64,000 nucleotides of DNA from Myxococcota bacterium (lineage in GTDB: Bacteria; Myxococcota_A; UBA9160; UBA4427): contig JAYZFK010000062.1 of assembly GCA_036336835.1 (NCBI GenBank), positions 128,001-192,000 on the forward strand, written 5' to 3'. This document shows positions 39,095-50,391 of the stretch, one piece after another. Position numbers and translations under genes: made by a program. The stretch's first letter is position 1. The number at the start of each line of letters is the position of its first letter. The notes below the pieces were generated by a model that made no database searches, had not been told where the DNA came from, and saw only the letters and a list, made by a program, of their open reading frames with translations.

Positions 39095-39142
39095 TGCGTC
39101 ATCAACTGCGTCATCAACTGCGTCATCGCCTGCGTCATCGCC
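39095..39142. repeat. Four-copy 12-bp tandem repeat
   Basis: TGCGTCATCAAC x2 followed by TGCGTCATCGCC x2. Confidence 0.92.
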
Positions 39143-39157
39143 GGGGCCGCCAACGCG

Positions 39158-39724
39158 TCATTCCGGGATAGTGCGGCCGATGGCCAGAGGATGGAGTTGT
39201 GTCAGGAGCTCGGCAAGCTGCTCGGCCGGCGCCCGCGACCGGTCCTCGAGCCACCACACCAGGGTCCCGCTGACCATCTCCCACCAGGCCCGGGCAGCCA
39301 CCACGGGATCCAGCGCGGGACCGACTGCGCGCCGCTCCGCAAGCTGGCGCAGCCGCCGCTCGAGCGGTCGCATCGAGAGCGCGACGTTCGAGGGGCGTGC
39401 ACTGCCGAAGGCGACCCGGAAGTGGTCGGGCGAGCGAACGGCGTAGGCGATCACCGCCCGGGTCGCGCGCCTGGCGAACTCGAGCGGCTCGTCGACCTCT
39501 GGCCCGGGCATGGCCGCGCCCAGTTCCTCCCAGGCCTGGAGCATCAGCGCATCGGCGAGCGCCGACTTGTCGTGAAAGTGGCGATAGAACGTGCCGACAC
39601 CGACTCCCGCCTCGCGAGCAATCTGGTTGCTGTTGACCGCGTCAAAGCCATCGCGCGCGAACTGAGCCGCGGCGGCCCGCATCAGCGCATCCCTCGCCTG
39701 CTCGGGAGTGCGGCGTACAGCCAT
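39158..39724 (-). CDS. TetR/AcrR family transcriptional regulator
   Basis: AAAQFARDGF...IAREAGVGVGTFYRHFHDK. Confidence 0.92.
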   Translation of the reverse strand: MAVRRTPEQARDALMRAAAAQFARDGFDAVNSNQIAREAGVGVGTFYRHFHDKSALADALMLQAWEELGAAMPGPEVDEPLEFARRATRAVIAYAVRSPDHFRVAFGSARPSNVALSMRPLERRLRQLAERRAVGPALDPVVAARAWWEMVSGTLVWWLEDRSRAPAEQLAELLTQLHPLAIGRTIPE

Positions 39725-39755
39725 CGCTCAAGGATAATAGATATCGATATTTTAA

Positions 39756-40658
39756 TCAGCCAAAATCTGCGGTTGCGCGCGCGGCATGCGGCACGGGGCG
39801 ATCTTCGAGCCAGGCCTCGAGCAGAGCGTTCACCAGCTCGGGCTGGTCCTGCTGGACGAAGTGGGAGGCGTCGGGCAGGTAACGCTGCACCAGGTTGGGC
39901 ACCCAGCGAGCCGTGCCAAAGCTGAGCCGCTTGCCGAGCGCCAGATCCTGCTCACCCCAGAGCATCAGGGTCGGCACCCGGATCGGGGGATAGCCGAGCC
40001 GCTGCTGCCGGGCGAAGCCACCCCCGGCGAGCGCTGCGCGGTAGTAGTGAAACATGGCGGTGGCGGCACCGGGGCGTGACGCGTTCGCCTCGAAATGCGT
40101 CATCGCTGCGTCATCGAAGCGCTCCGGGTGAACGGCGGTATGACGCAGCATGTCGGTCGTCCAGCGCGGCCCGCGCCACTCGACCAGCCGCTCGGGGAGC
40201 CACGGAAGCTGGAAGAAGCTCATGTACCACGACCGGGCGACCTGCCGGAGGTGCAACTGCTCGGGCACGCACGCCGGGTGCGGCACGTTCATGATCACCA
40301 GCCGCTCGAGCGCTTCGGGGTGCCGCATCGCGTAATACCAGGCGATGATCGCGCCCCAGTCGTGTGCCAGCAGGGTGGTTCGGCCGTGGGCGCCGGCGGC
40401 CGCAATCAGCCCGTCCACGTCGCCCAGCAGCTTCTCGAGCGCGTAGTCCTCGCGCGCTGCGGGGGTGTCGCTCTGGCCGTAGCCGCGCAGATCCGGTGCC
40501 CAGGCGCGATAGCCGAGCCCCGCCAGCAGAGGCAGCTGATGGCGCCACGAGTGCGCGCACTCCGGAAAGCCGTGCAGACACAGCGCGAGTCGATCTCCAG
40601 CCCCCTGCTCCAGAATCCGGAAGCCCAGGCCATTTGCTTGGACGCGCAAATCGATCAC
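39756..40658 (-). CDS. Epoxide hydrolase-like alpha/beta hydrolase
   Basis: HGFPE, DLRGYG, HDWGA, SWYM, YYRA, SHFVQ. Confidence 0.9.
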   Translation of the reverse strand: MIDLRVQANGLGFRILEQGAGDRLALCLHGFPECAHSWRHQLPLLAGLGYRAWAPDLRGYGQSDTPAAREDYALEKLLGDVDGLIAAAGAHGRTTLLAHDWGAIIAWYYAMRHPEALERLVIMNVPHPACVPEQLHLRQVARSWYMSFFQLPWLPERLVEWRGPRWTTDMLRHTAVHPERFDDAAMTHFEANASRPGAATAMFHYYRAALAGGGFARQQRLGYPPIRVPTLMLWGEQDLALGKRLSFGTARWVPNLVQRYLPDASHFVQQDQPELVNALLEAWLEDRPVPHAARATADFG

Positions 40659-40732
40659 GGCGCGCGCAGGCTACCATGGCGCGCTCGCCCAGCGCGGGAG
40701 ACCTCGATCGCCAACGCGGAGACGCATCGACC

Positions 40733-41782
40733 ATGGGACCCAGCCGAGTCCAGGAGCAAGCTCGAAGCCAGGTCCGGGGTGCACTGGTCGCGCTGCTGTG
40801 CAGCGGCCTGGCCGCACCGGCCGCGGGCGCTAGAGAGCTGATCGACGCGGTCGCGGCCCAGGTCGGCGGCGGCGTCGTCCTGCTGTCCGAGGTGTACGAG
40901 CTGACCGAGCCAATCGAGAGGCGAATGCGCCAGGGCGGTGCGCGCGAGTCCGAGATCCTGATCATGCGCTCCGACGTGCTCGAACGGTTGATCGAGCAGA
41001 AGCTCGTGGCCGAGGTCGTCCGACGGATGGAGCTGTCGGCGAGCAACGAAGAAGTGGATCAGGCAATCCGCAGCATCGCCCAGGACACCGGCATCACCAC
41101 GCAGCAGCTGATCCGGAGCGTCACCAGCCACGGGCTCACACTGTCCGAGTACCGCGACAAGATCCGCTCCGAGATCGAGCGCTCGAAGGTAGTCAACGGC
41201 ATGGTCCGATCGAAGGTGCAAGTCAGCGACGAGGAGATCCGGACCGCCTACGACGAGCGTTTTTCAAACCAGCCGTCGGGCGGAGAAGAGGTCCACCTGC
41301 GCCACATCGTGGTGGCCTACGGCGAAGACCTGCTGCGCGACGGAGATGCGGCGTGCCAGCTCACACGCGAAGGCCGTCTGCGTATCGAGCGCGGCGAGAT
41401 CAGCTTCCCGGCACTCGCGCGGGAGATCGCAAGTGCCAATGCGGCGCGCGGCGGCGACCTCGGCTGGATCCACTTGAACGACGTCGCTGCGTGGATGTCC
41501 GACGACGTGCGCGAGCTCGGCGGCTCGGGCATCAGCGCGGTGATCGCAATGCCGTTCGGCTGCAACCTGCTGCAGGTCGTCGAGCGACGCGACTACCAAC
41601 CGATCACGTTCGAGCAGGCGGCGGGGCCACTCGAGCAGGCGATCGCCGAGCGCAAGACGGAGCAAGAATTCGTGAAGTGGATCGACCGCGTGCGTGAGCA
41701 GTCCTACATCGAGCGCAAGGGTGTGTTCGCCGAGGCTTCGCGCCTGACCCGCGGCATCAACGGCTCTGCGACGCCGCAATGA
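40733..41782 (+). CDS. surA: SurA-like periplasmic chaperone / parvulin PPIase
   Basis: Signal peptide, [25 protein letters not shown]. Confidence 0.8.
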   Translation: MGPSRVQEQARSQVRGALVALLCSGLAAPAAGARELIDAVAAQVGGGVVLLSEVYELTEPIERRMRQGGARESEILIMRSDVLERLIEQKLVAEVVRRMELSASNEEVDQAIRSIAQDTGITTQQLIRSVTSHGLTLSEYRDKIRSEIERSKVVNGMVRSKVQVSDEEIRTAYDERFSNQPSGGEEVHLRHIVVAYGEDLLRDGDAACQLTREGRLRIERGEISFPALAREIASANAARGGDLGWIHLNDVAAWMSDDVRELGGSGISAVIAMPFGCNLLQVVERRDYQPITFEQAAGPLEQAIAERKTEQEFVKWIDRVREQSYIERKGVFAEASRLTRGINGSATPQ

Positions 41783-41795
41783 CCGCAGGGCACGG

Positions 41796-44699
<2,904 letters not shown>

Positions 44700-44711
44700 G
44701 GTCCGCTTCCG

Positions 44712-45599
44712 ATGTTGCGCCCGCACTACCCGACCCCGCTTGGCGCGCTCGTGCTCGTACTGGCAGCCTGGCTGGTGACCTTCTTCGGCGTCACGCTGCA
44801 GTTCGATCCGAACGAGACGCAGCAGACGATCGATCCGGGATTCGCCGGCATCGCCCAGGCTGTCGGCTTCGGCCTCATCGCCACGGTTGCGGCACGGCGC
44901 ATCCCTGCGCCGCAGGTCCAGCGCATTGGATTGACGCCGCTCGCGCTGCGCTACCTGCCGCTGGTCTTGATGGGCGTGCCGCTCGGGATCGTCGCCAGCG
45001 AGCTCGACAACTGGCTCTCGATCCCATTCCCGGGCACCGACCCCGAGGCGATCGAACGCGCGCTCGAGCAGGCGCGAGAGCTCACGCCGCTCGCCGTCAC
45101 CCAGGCGGCGATCTTCCGGGTCGGCATCGAGCCCGTCGTCACTGAGTTCCTGTTCCGCGGCGTGATTCAGCAGGGGATAATCGCGTACCTCGGCCGCTTC
45201 ACCGGTGTGCTGATCACGGCGACGCTGTCGGTCGATCTAGCGGCAGCGCTCGCAACCGGTGGCAGCGCGGTGTCCGGCCTCGTGTTGTCGCTGCTGCTCG
45301 GATTGACTCTCGGCTATTTGCGGCTCGGAACCGGCTCACTGCTGGCGCCGATCCTGGTGCGCGCCACCTGGAACGGCATGGGCCTGTTCGGCGTGGTCTA
45401 CGCGGAACAGTTCCCGATTCCCGGCTTCAACACCTTTGGCGGCGAGCACACGCATCCGGTCCTACTCGCGGCCTGTGCGGCCTGCGTCGCCTGGGCTGCC
45501 ATCGAGCTGAGGCGCGCGTTGCGCGAGCAGCCCGCGGTACTCCCGATCGAGGAAGAGCCCGAGCCGGAAGAGGACGATGAGGGTGAGGGCTTCTTCTAA
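44712..45599 (+). CDS. CPBP (CAAX/Abi) family intramembrane protein with degenerate motifs
   Basis: Multiple TM helices; EPVVTEFLFRG and GSLLAPILVRATWN (His of the HxxxN motif replaced by Arg). Confidence 0.7.
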   Translation: MLRPHYPTPLGALVLVLAAWLVTFFGVTLQFDPNETQQTIDPGFAGIAQAVGFGLIATVAARRIPAPQVQRIGLTPLALRYLPLVLMGVPLGIVASELDNWLSIPFPGTDPEAIERALEQARELTPLAVTQAAIFRVGIEPVVTEFLFRGVIQQGIIAYLGRFTGVLITATLSVDLAAALATGGSAVSGLVLSLLLGLTLGYLRLGTGSLLAPILVRATWNGMGLFGVVYAEQFPIPGFNTFGGEHTHPVLLAACAACVAWAAIELRRALREQPAVLPIEEEPEPEEDDEGEGFF

Positions 45600-45625
45600 T
45601 CGAACGCGCGGGCTCGAAGTGCGCT

Positions 45626-46252
45626 GTGCTTGACGCGGCCGGGTTTCCCCAGAGCTTCTTCGACCGACAGGACGAGAGCGACGACGCCGGATTCTATCGG
45701 ATGCCGCGGCTCGTCGCGCACATCGACCCCGACACGATCGCAGCACTGACGAGCGCCTACCGCGCGCTGCTCCCTGCCGGAGGCTGTCTGCTCGACTTGA
45801 TGTCGTCGTGGATCTCGCACCTGCCGCAAGACGTATCGTACGAGCGCGTGGCGGGCCTCGGGATGAACGCGCAGGAGCTCGAGCGCAACCCGCGCCTGGA
45901 CGAGTTCGTCGTCCACGATCTGAACCGCGAGCCCGAGCTGCCGTATCCCGATGCGAGTTTCGATGCAGTCGTCAACGCTGTGTCAATCCAGTATCTGACG
46001 CGTCCGGTGGAGGTGTTCGGCTCTATCGCGCGCGTGCTGCGGCCGGGCGGCCTGCACCTGGTCGCGATGTCGCACCGCTGCTTTCCCACCAAGGCGATCC
46101 GGGCATTCCACTACCTCGACGGCGCTGGGCGCGCCGACATCGTGCGGCGCTACTTCGAGCAGGCCGGCGGCTACGAGCCGACAGAACGACTCGAGCGCTC
46201 CCCGGCGGCGGCCGACCCGCTGTGGATCGTCATGGCGAAGCGGGCAAGCTGA
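45626..46252 (+). CDS. Class I SAM-dependent methyltransferase
   Basis: FYRMPRLVAHID, LDLMSSWISHLP, SFDAV, RVLRPGG, RCFPTKA. Confidence 0.85.
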   Translation: MLDAAGFPQSFFDRQDESDDAGFYRMPRLVAHIDPDTIAALTSAYRALLPAGGCLLDLMSSWISHLPQDVSYERVAGLGMNAQELERNPRLDEFVVHDLNREPELPYPDASFDAVVNAVSIQYLTRPVEVFGSIARVLRPGGLHLVAMSHRCFPTKAIRAFHYLDGAGRADIVRRYFEQAGGYEPTERLERSPAAADPLWIVMAKRAS

Positions 46253-46864
46253 TCACGCGAGCCGCCCGGCGTCGTCCAGGGCAGCGCGCACCCGCGCCGC
46301 CACCGCGTCCTCGCTGCCAATGGCGTCGATCCGCCTGACCGGGGAACGCTGCTCAGCCAGGGCATCGAAGATCTCACCGACCCGCTCGAGGAAGCCCTCG
46401 CGCTCGAACGCGGGCTCCGGCGTGCCACCGCGGGCGCGAACTCGTTCGATCCCGACCGAAGCCGGCAGCACCAGGAGCAGCGTGCACTCCGGAACCGGGA
46501 ATTCGGCCTCGGCCTGGGCCAGCAGGCGCCACGGGTCGAACCCACGCGCGCCCTGGTAGGCAACGGTCGAGTGGAAGTAGCGATCGCACAGCACGGCACT
46601 GCCCGCGGCGAGCGCCGGCGCGATCAGATCGCGTACGTGCTGGCGGCGATCTTCGACGAACCAGCGCAGCTCTTCGCTCGGCACGACCGTGTCGCCGCTG
46701 CGGGCCATCGCCCGGATGCGTCCGCCCCACTCACCATCGGTGGGCTCGCGCGTACGAACGACCGCCTGACCCTCGCCCTCGAGCTCGACCGCAAGCCGCG
46801 CGCATTGCGTGGACTTGCCACTGCCATCGAGACCCTCGAAGGTGATGAGTCGACCGGACTTCAC
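46253..46864 (-). CDS. tmk: Thymidylate kinase
   Basis: ITFEGLDGSGKSTQ, TREP, CDRYFHSTVAYQGA. Confidence 0.95.
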   Translation of the reverse strand: MKSGRLITFEGLDGSGKSTQCARLAVELEGEGQAVVRTREPTDGEWGGRIRAMARSGDTVVPSEELRWFVEDRRQHVRDLIAPALAAGSAVLCDRYFHSTVAYQGARGFDPWRLLAQAEAEFPVPECTLLLVLPASVGIERVRARGGTPEPAFEREGFLERVGEIFDALAEQRSPVRRIDAIGSEDAVAARVRAALDDAGRLA

Positions 46865-46972
46865 GCGAGCCTCGCGAACGGACGGTCACACGGCGAGCCG
46901 CGCCGGCCGACGCGGCGGCGACGCCCCCCCGCGTATCGCGCACTTGCGACGCGACGGACCCGCTGGCGCGCA

Positions 46973-46988
46973 TGGCATGCGGCTTGCT
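46973..46988 (+). promoter_or_regulatory. Sigma-54 (-24/-12) promoter
   Basis: TGGCAT-GCGGC-TTGCT matches TGGCA(C/T)-N5-TTGC(A/T); no plus-strand CDS follows. Confidence 0.7.
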
Positions 46989-46999
46989 CTGGCCAACCC

Positions 47000-47167
47000 G
47001 TGATGTCGCAAGACATTGCCCGCCACACCCCTAAAACGGGACCGGGGGTCGGTGGGGTCGGAGTCGTTGGGCGGGAGTCGGGGTACGGAGCGGAGTCGTA
47101 ACGGGGTGAACTCTGCTTCGGGCTTCCGCCCAGCGCCTCCCTCGAAGTGATGGCTCGATGGAGGCGC
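47000..47167 (+). ncRNA. Candidate novel structured small RNA (four stem-loops)
   Basis: Begins 13 nt after the -12 GC; hand-folded stems contain seven G-U pairs that work only on the plus strand; GCAA tetraloop; recurring GGGGU motifs. Confidence 0.6.
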
Positions 47168-47191
47168 ATGGAGCGGAACGCCGGACGCGGG

Positions 47192-47494
47192 CTAGAACTT
47201 GCCCTGCAAGAGGAACGCGATCACCAGCCCGTAGATTGCGATCGATTCGATCAGCACCATCGCAAGAATGAAGTTGGTGAACATCGCACCCGCAGCACCG
47301 GGGTTGCGCGCGATTCCGGCTGTCGTGTTGCCGGCTGTCAGGCCCTGGCCGATGCCGCAGCCGAGGCCCGCCAGGCCGACAGCGATGCCGGCGCCGATGC
47401 CGGCGCCGAGCCCGCTGCCGTCCTCTGCGAAGGCAACGGCGGGAAGCACCGTCGCGACCAGGGTCCAGAGGGCCAGCTTGGCGAACTTACGCAT
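47192..47494 (-). CDS. atpE: ATP synthase F0 subunit c
   Basis: GLAGLGCGIGQG, ARNP, LIESIAIYGLVIAF; N-terminal signal-like extension. Confidence 0.95.
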   Translation of the reverse strand: MRKFAKLALWTLVATVLPAVAFAEDGSGLGAGIGAGIAVGLAGLGCGIGQGLTAGNTTAGIARNPGAAGAMFTNFILAMVLIESIAIYGLVIAFLLQGKF

Positions 47495-47516
47495 GTCAGA
47501 ACTCCTTCTTGTTTGG

Positions 47517-48224
47517 TCAGTGCGCTTCTTCGAGCGCAGAGCCGATGTAGATCATCGTGAGTAGTGAGAAGACGAAGGCCTGCAGGAACGCGACGAGCGT
47601 GCCCAGAGCCATGAAGATCGCCGGAACGGCGATCGGCACCAGCGTGATCCAGACGGCCACGACCGTGTGGTCGGCGTACATGTTCGCCACTAGACGCACG
47701 GTCAATGTCACGATCCGCGCGACGTGGAGCAGGAGCTCCAGCGGCACGAAGAGCGGCGCGAGCACGCGCACGTGCCAGACTTTCCCGCCAATCGTCGGCT
47801 CCCAGAGCGACGGACCCATGAACTGGTAGATGTACTTCCAGCCGTGGGCGCGAATGCCGACGTAGTTGTAGATGGAGAACGAGATGACCGCCCACGCGCA
47901 CGCTGTCTCGACGAAGCTCGTCGCACCACCGATCCCGGGGATCAGAGACATCAGGTTCGAAACCAGGATGAAGAAGAACATGGCGCAGATCAGACCCAGA
48001 TAATCCCGCGCGCGCTCGCCGATGATCGACTCGGCCATCCCGAGCAGGTATTCGGTCAGCGCCTCGTAGATATTGCGCAGCGTGATGCCCTCGTCCGGCA
48101 GCACGCCTCCCTCCGCCATGCGCTTGCGCGCGACCATCGCCCCGGCGAGCAGGATCGCAGTGGCGAGAATCGTCGCCTGGAACATGGTGGGGACGAGATG
48201 CTCGAAAACTCCGTAGATGCTCAC
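47517..48224 (-). CDS. atpB: ATP synthase F0 subunit a
   Basis: FFFILVSNL, LTVRLVANMYADH, LQAFVFSLLTMIY. Confidence 0.95.
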   Translation of the reverse strand: MSIYGVFEHLVPTMFQATILATAILLAGAMVARKRMAEGGVLPDEGITLRNIYEALTEYLLGMAESIIGERARDYLGLICAMFFFILVSNLMSLIPGIGGATSFVETACAWAVISFSIYNYVGIRAHGWKYIYQFMGPSLWEPTIGGKVWHVRVLAPLFVPLELLLHVARIVTLTVRLVANMYADHTVVAVWITLVPIAVPAIFMALGTLVAFLQAFVFSLLTMIYIGSALEEAH

Positions 48225-48745
48225 GGGTTCCCTTCCGAGTGACCCGTCGGCTCCGTTGCGGCGTCTTCACTCCGCGGGTCGACGTCTTCCGGTGGAAGCT
48301 CCTTTGCCCGCCACACGCTCCAGCGATCCCAGCTCGGATCGTCGGCCGCGAGGGCCGGGGCGGCAGCCTGCACCATGACCGCCGGGCGATTGCGCCAGGC
48401 CCAGAAGACGACGGCCGGCATCGAGAGCGAGACGCCCACGAGCAGGCCCAGCGGGTCGGCGCCGAACTCGAGCGCGGCAATGATCGCGATCATGAGCAGG
48501 CCGAAGCGAACGCCGAAGCCGCCGAGCCAGCCGCCAGCGCCTCCAGCCCAGCCGCCGGCGAAGAACCGGCGTGCCGTTCGGACCTGCACGCGCAGATTCA
48601 TCGTTTCGAGCGCAGCACCCACTGCCAGGCCCGTGGCAAAGTGCGGCGAGGCGAACACATAGGCCGCTCCGACGGAGCCGGCAGACAGCGCGAGACTCAC
48701 GCGCTCGATGGGATCGAGCTTCAGCAAATCAGTCTTCCCGCCCAT
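48221..48745 (-). CDS. atpI: ATP synthase protein I-like membrane protein
   Basis: Four hydrophobic segments; lies directly upstream of atpB with a 4-nt overlap. Confidence 0.65.
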   Translation of the reverse strand: MGGKTDLLKLDPIERVSLALSAGSVGAAYVFASPHFATGLAVGAALETMNLRVQVRTARRFFAGGWAGGAGGWLGGFGVRFGLLMIAIIAALEFGADPLGLLVGVSLSMPAVVFWAWRNRPAVMVQAAAPALAADDPSWDRWSVWRAKELPPEDVDPRSEDAATEPTGHSEGNP

Positions 48746-48953
48746 TCCCCTGCTCGTCCGATGGTTCGCTGATGCCGAGCTGGCGACCGAGCCGAAGCAG
48801 TCTGAGCACCATCGCCGAGAAGCCGATGACCGCTCCGGCGATCAGGCCGATCGGCGAGCTGCCAAAGTAGGTGTCCGCCCAGTAGCCGAGACACACCGCC
48901 GCGATGATGGCCGCTACCGCCTCGAAAGCCCCCTCGTAGGCCCGGGTCTGCAT
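48729..48953 (-). CDS. AtpZ/AtpR-like small membrane protein
   Basis: LGYWADTYFGSSP...G..IG.. motif typical of ATP synthase gene-1 proteins. Confidence 0.75.
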   Translation of the reverse strand: MQTRAYEGAFEAVAAIIAAVCLGYWADTYFGSSPIGLIAGAVIGFSAMVLRLLRLGRQLGISEPSDEQGNGRED

Positions 48954-49076
48954 TCGCCGCTCGCCACTGGGCGCACTCGGAGGCTTCGGCAAACGCGGGC
49001 CGCGCGGACTCGACACGGGAGCCCTCCTCACGGCTCGAGGGCGCCTGGTGCAGGCTAGCCAAGCGATCTGAGCCGC

Positions 49077-50372
49077 TCAACGGGCTGCAACCACGCGCTG
49101 CAGTGCTTCGCCCGCGGCTTGGACGGTCTTTTGCACGTCGCGTTTCGTGTGCGCCAGCGACAGGAAGCCGGCCTCGAAAGGGGACGGGGCGAGGTAGACC
49201 CCTCGCTCGAGCATCGCCGCGAAGAAGCGCTTGAAGGCCTTGGCGTCGGCCCCCTTTGCCTGCGTGAAGTTGCGCGGCAGCGCGTCGCGGAAGTGGAACC
49301 CGAACATGCCCCCAGTGCTCGCCGCGCTGAAGCCAACGCCCGCTTGCTCCGCCGCCTGCTCGAGCCCGCTCACCAGCTCGCCTGCGCGTTGCTCGAGCCG
49401 TTCGTAGACACCGGGCTGCTCGAGCCGCCTGAGCGTCTCGAGCCCCGCCGCCACCGCCAGCGGGTTGCCGGAGAGCGTCCCGGCCTGGTAGACGTCGCCG
49501 ACGGGTGCAATCTGCCGCATCAGCTCCCTGCGCCCCCCGTAGGCCGCTGCCGGGAGCCCGCCACCGATCACCTTGCCGAGCGTCGTGAGATCGGGAGTGA
49601 CGCGGTAGCGCCGCTGAGCGCCGCCGCGCGCCACGCGAAACCCCGTCATCACCTCGTCGAAGATCAAGAGGGCACCGTAGCGGTCACACGCGAGCCGCAG
49701 ACCCGGGAGGAAGCCGGGGCCCGGTGCGACGAAACCCATGTTGCCCGCCACCGGCTCGACGATGACGCAGGCGATGTCATCGCCCCAGCGTTCGAAGGCG
49801 GACCGCACGGCATCGAGGTCGTTGAAAGGCGCCTGGATCGTCAACTTCGTCATCGCCTTGGGAACGCCCGGCGAGCCCGGGATGCCGAGCGTCGCGACGC
49901 CGCTGCCTGCGCCCACCAGCAGGCCATCGGAGTGGCCGTGGTAGCAGCCTTCGAATTTGAGCACGCGCGACCGACCCGTGACACCGCGCGCCAGCCGGAT
50001 CGCACTCATCGTGGCCTCGGTTCCCGAGCTCACCATCCGCAGCATCTGAACGGAGGGCAGCACGCGACGTACCGCCTCGGCGAGCTCGATCTCGCGTTCC
50101 GTCGGGGCGCCAAAGCTGGTCCCCTGCCGCGCGGCCTCTCGCACCGCCCGCAAAACGCCGCGGTCGGCGTGGCCGAGGATCAGCGGTCCCCACGACCCGA
50201 CGTAGTCGACGTACTCGTTGCCGTCCGCGTCGTAGAGCCTGCTGCCCTTGCCTCGTTCGATGAACAGCGGCGACTGTCCAACCGCGCCGAACGCCCGAAC
50301 GGGGCTGTTTACACCTCCGGGGATCACCCGCTTCGCCCGGCGAAACAACTGCTTGGATCTCGAACGGTTCAT
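49077..50372 (-). CDS. hemL: Glutamate-1-semialdehyde 2,1-aminomutase
   Basis: PGGVNSPVRAF, SSGTEATM, GCYHGH, FDEVMTGFR, LGKVIGGG, QAGTLSGNP. Confidence 0.97.
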   Translation of the reverse strand: MNRSRSKQLFRRAKRVIPGGVNSPVRAFGAVGQSPLFIERGKGSRLYDADGNEYVDYVGSWGPLILGHADRGVLRAVREAARQGTSFGAPTEREIELAEAVRRVLPSVQMLRMVSSGTEATMSAIRLARGVTGRSRVLKFEGCYHGHSDGLLVGAGSGVATLGIPGSPGVPKAMTKLTIQAPFNDLDAVRSAFERWGDDIACVIVEPVAGNMGFVAPGPGFLPGLRLACDRYGALLIFDEVMTGFRVARGGAQRRYRVTPDLTTLGKVIGGGLPAAAYGGRRELMRQIAPVGDVYQAGTLSGNPLAVAAGLETLRRLEQPGVYERLEQRAGELVSGLEQAAEQAGVGFSAASTGGMFGFHFRDALPRNFTQAKGADAKAFKRFFAAMLERGVYLAPSPFEAGFLSLAHTKRDVQKTVQAAGEALQRVVAAR

Positions 50373-50391
50373 CTGTTTCTTCGAGCGGCCT

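Noticed and set aside
39095..39142. Possible CRISPR array
   Set aside because: 12-bp units without spacers and no cas genes.
46861..47169. 102-aa minus-strand ORF in the tmk-atpE gap
   Set aside because: Low-complexity Pro/Arg-rich translation without motifs; the plus-strand RNA structure explains the sequence better.
47192..48953. ATP synthase operon lacking atpF/H/A/G/D/C
   Set aside because: Split F0/F1 operons, with hemL next to atpZIBE, are known in deltaproteobacteria.
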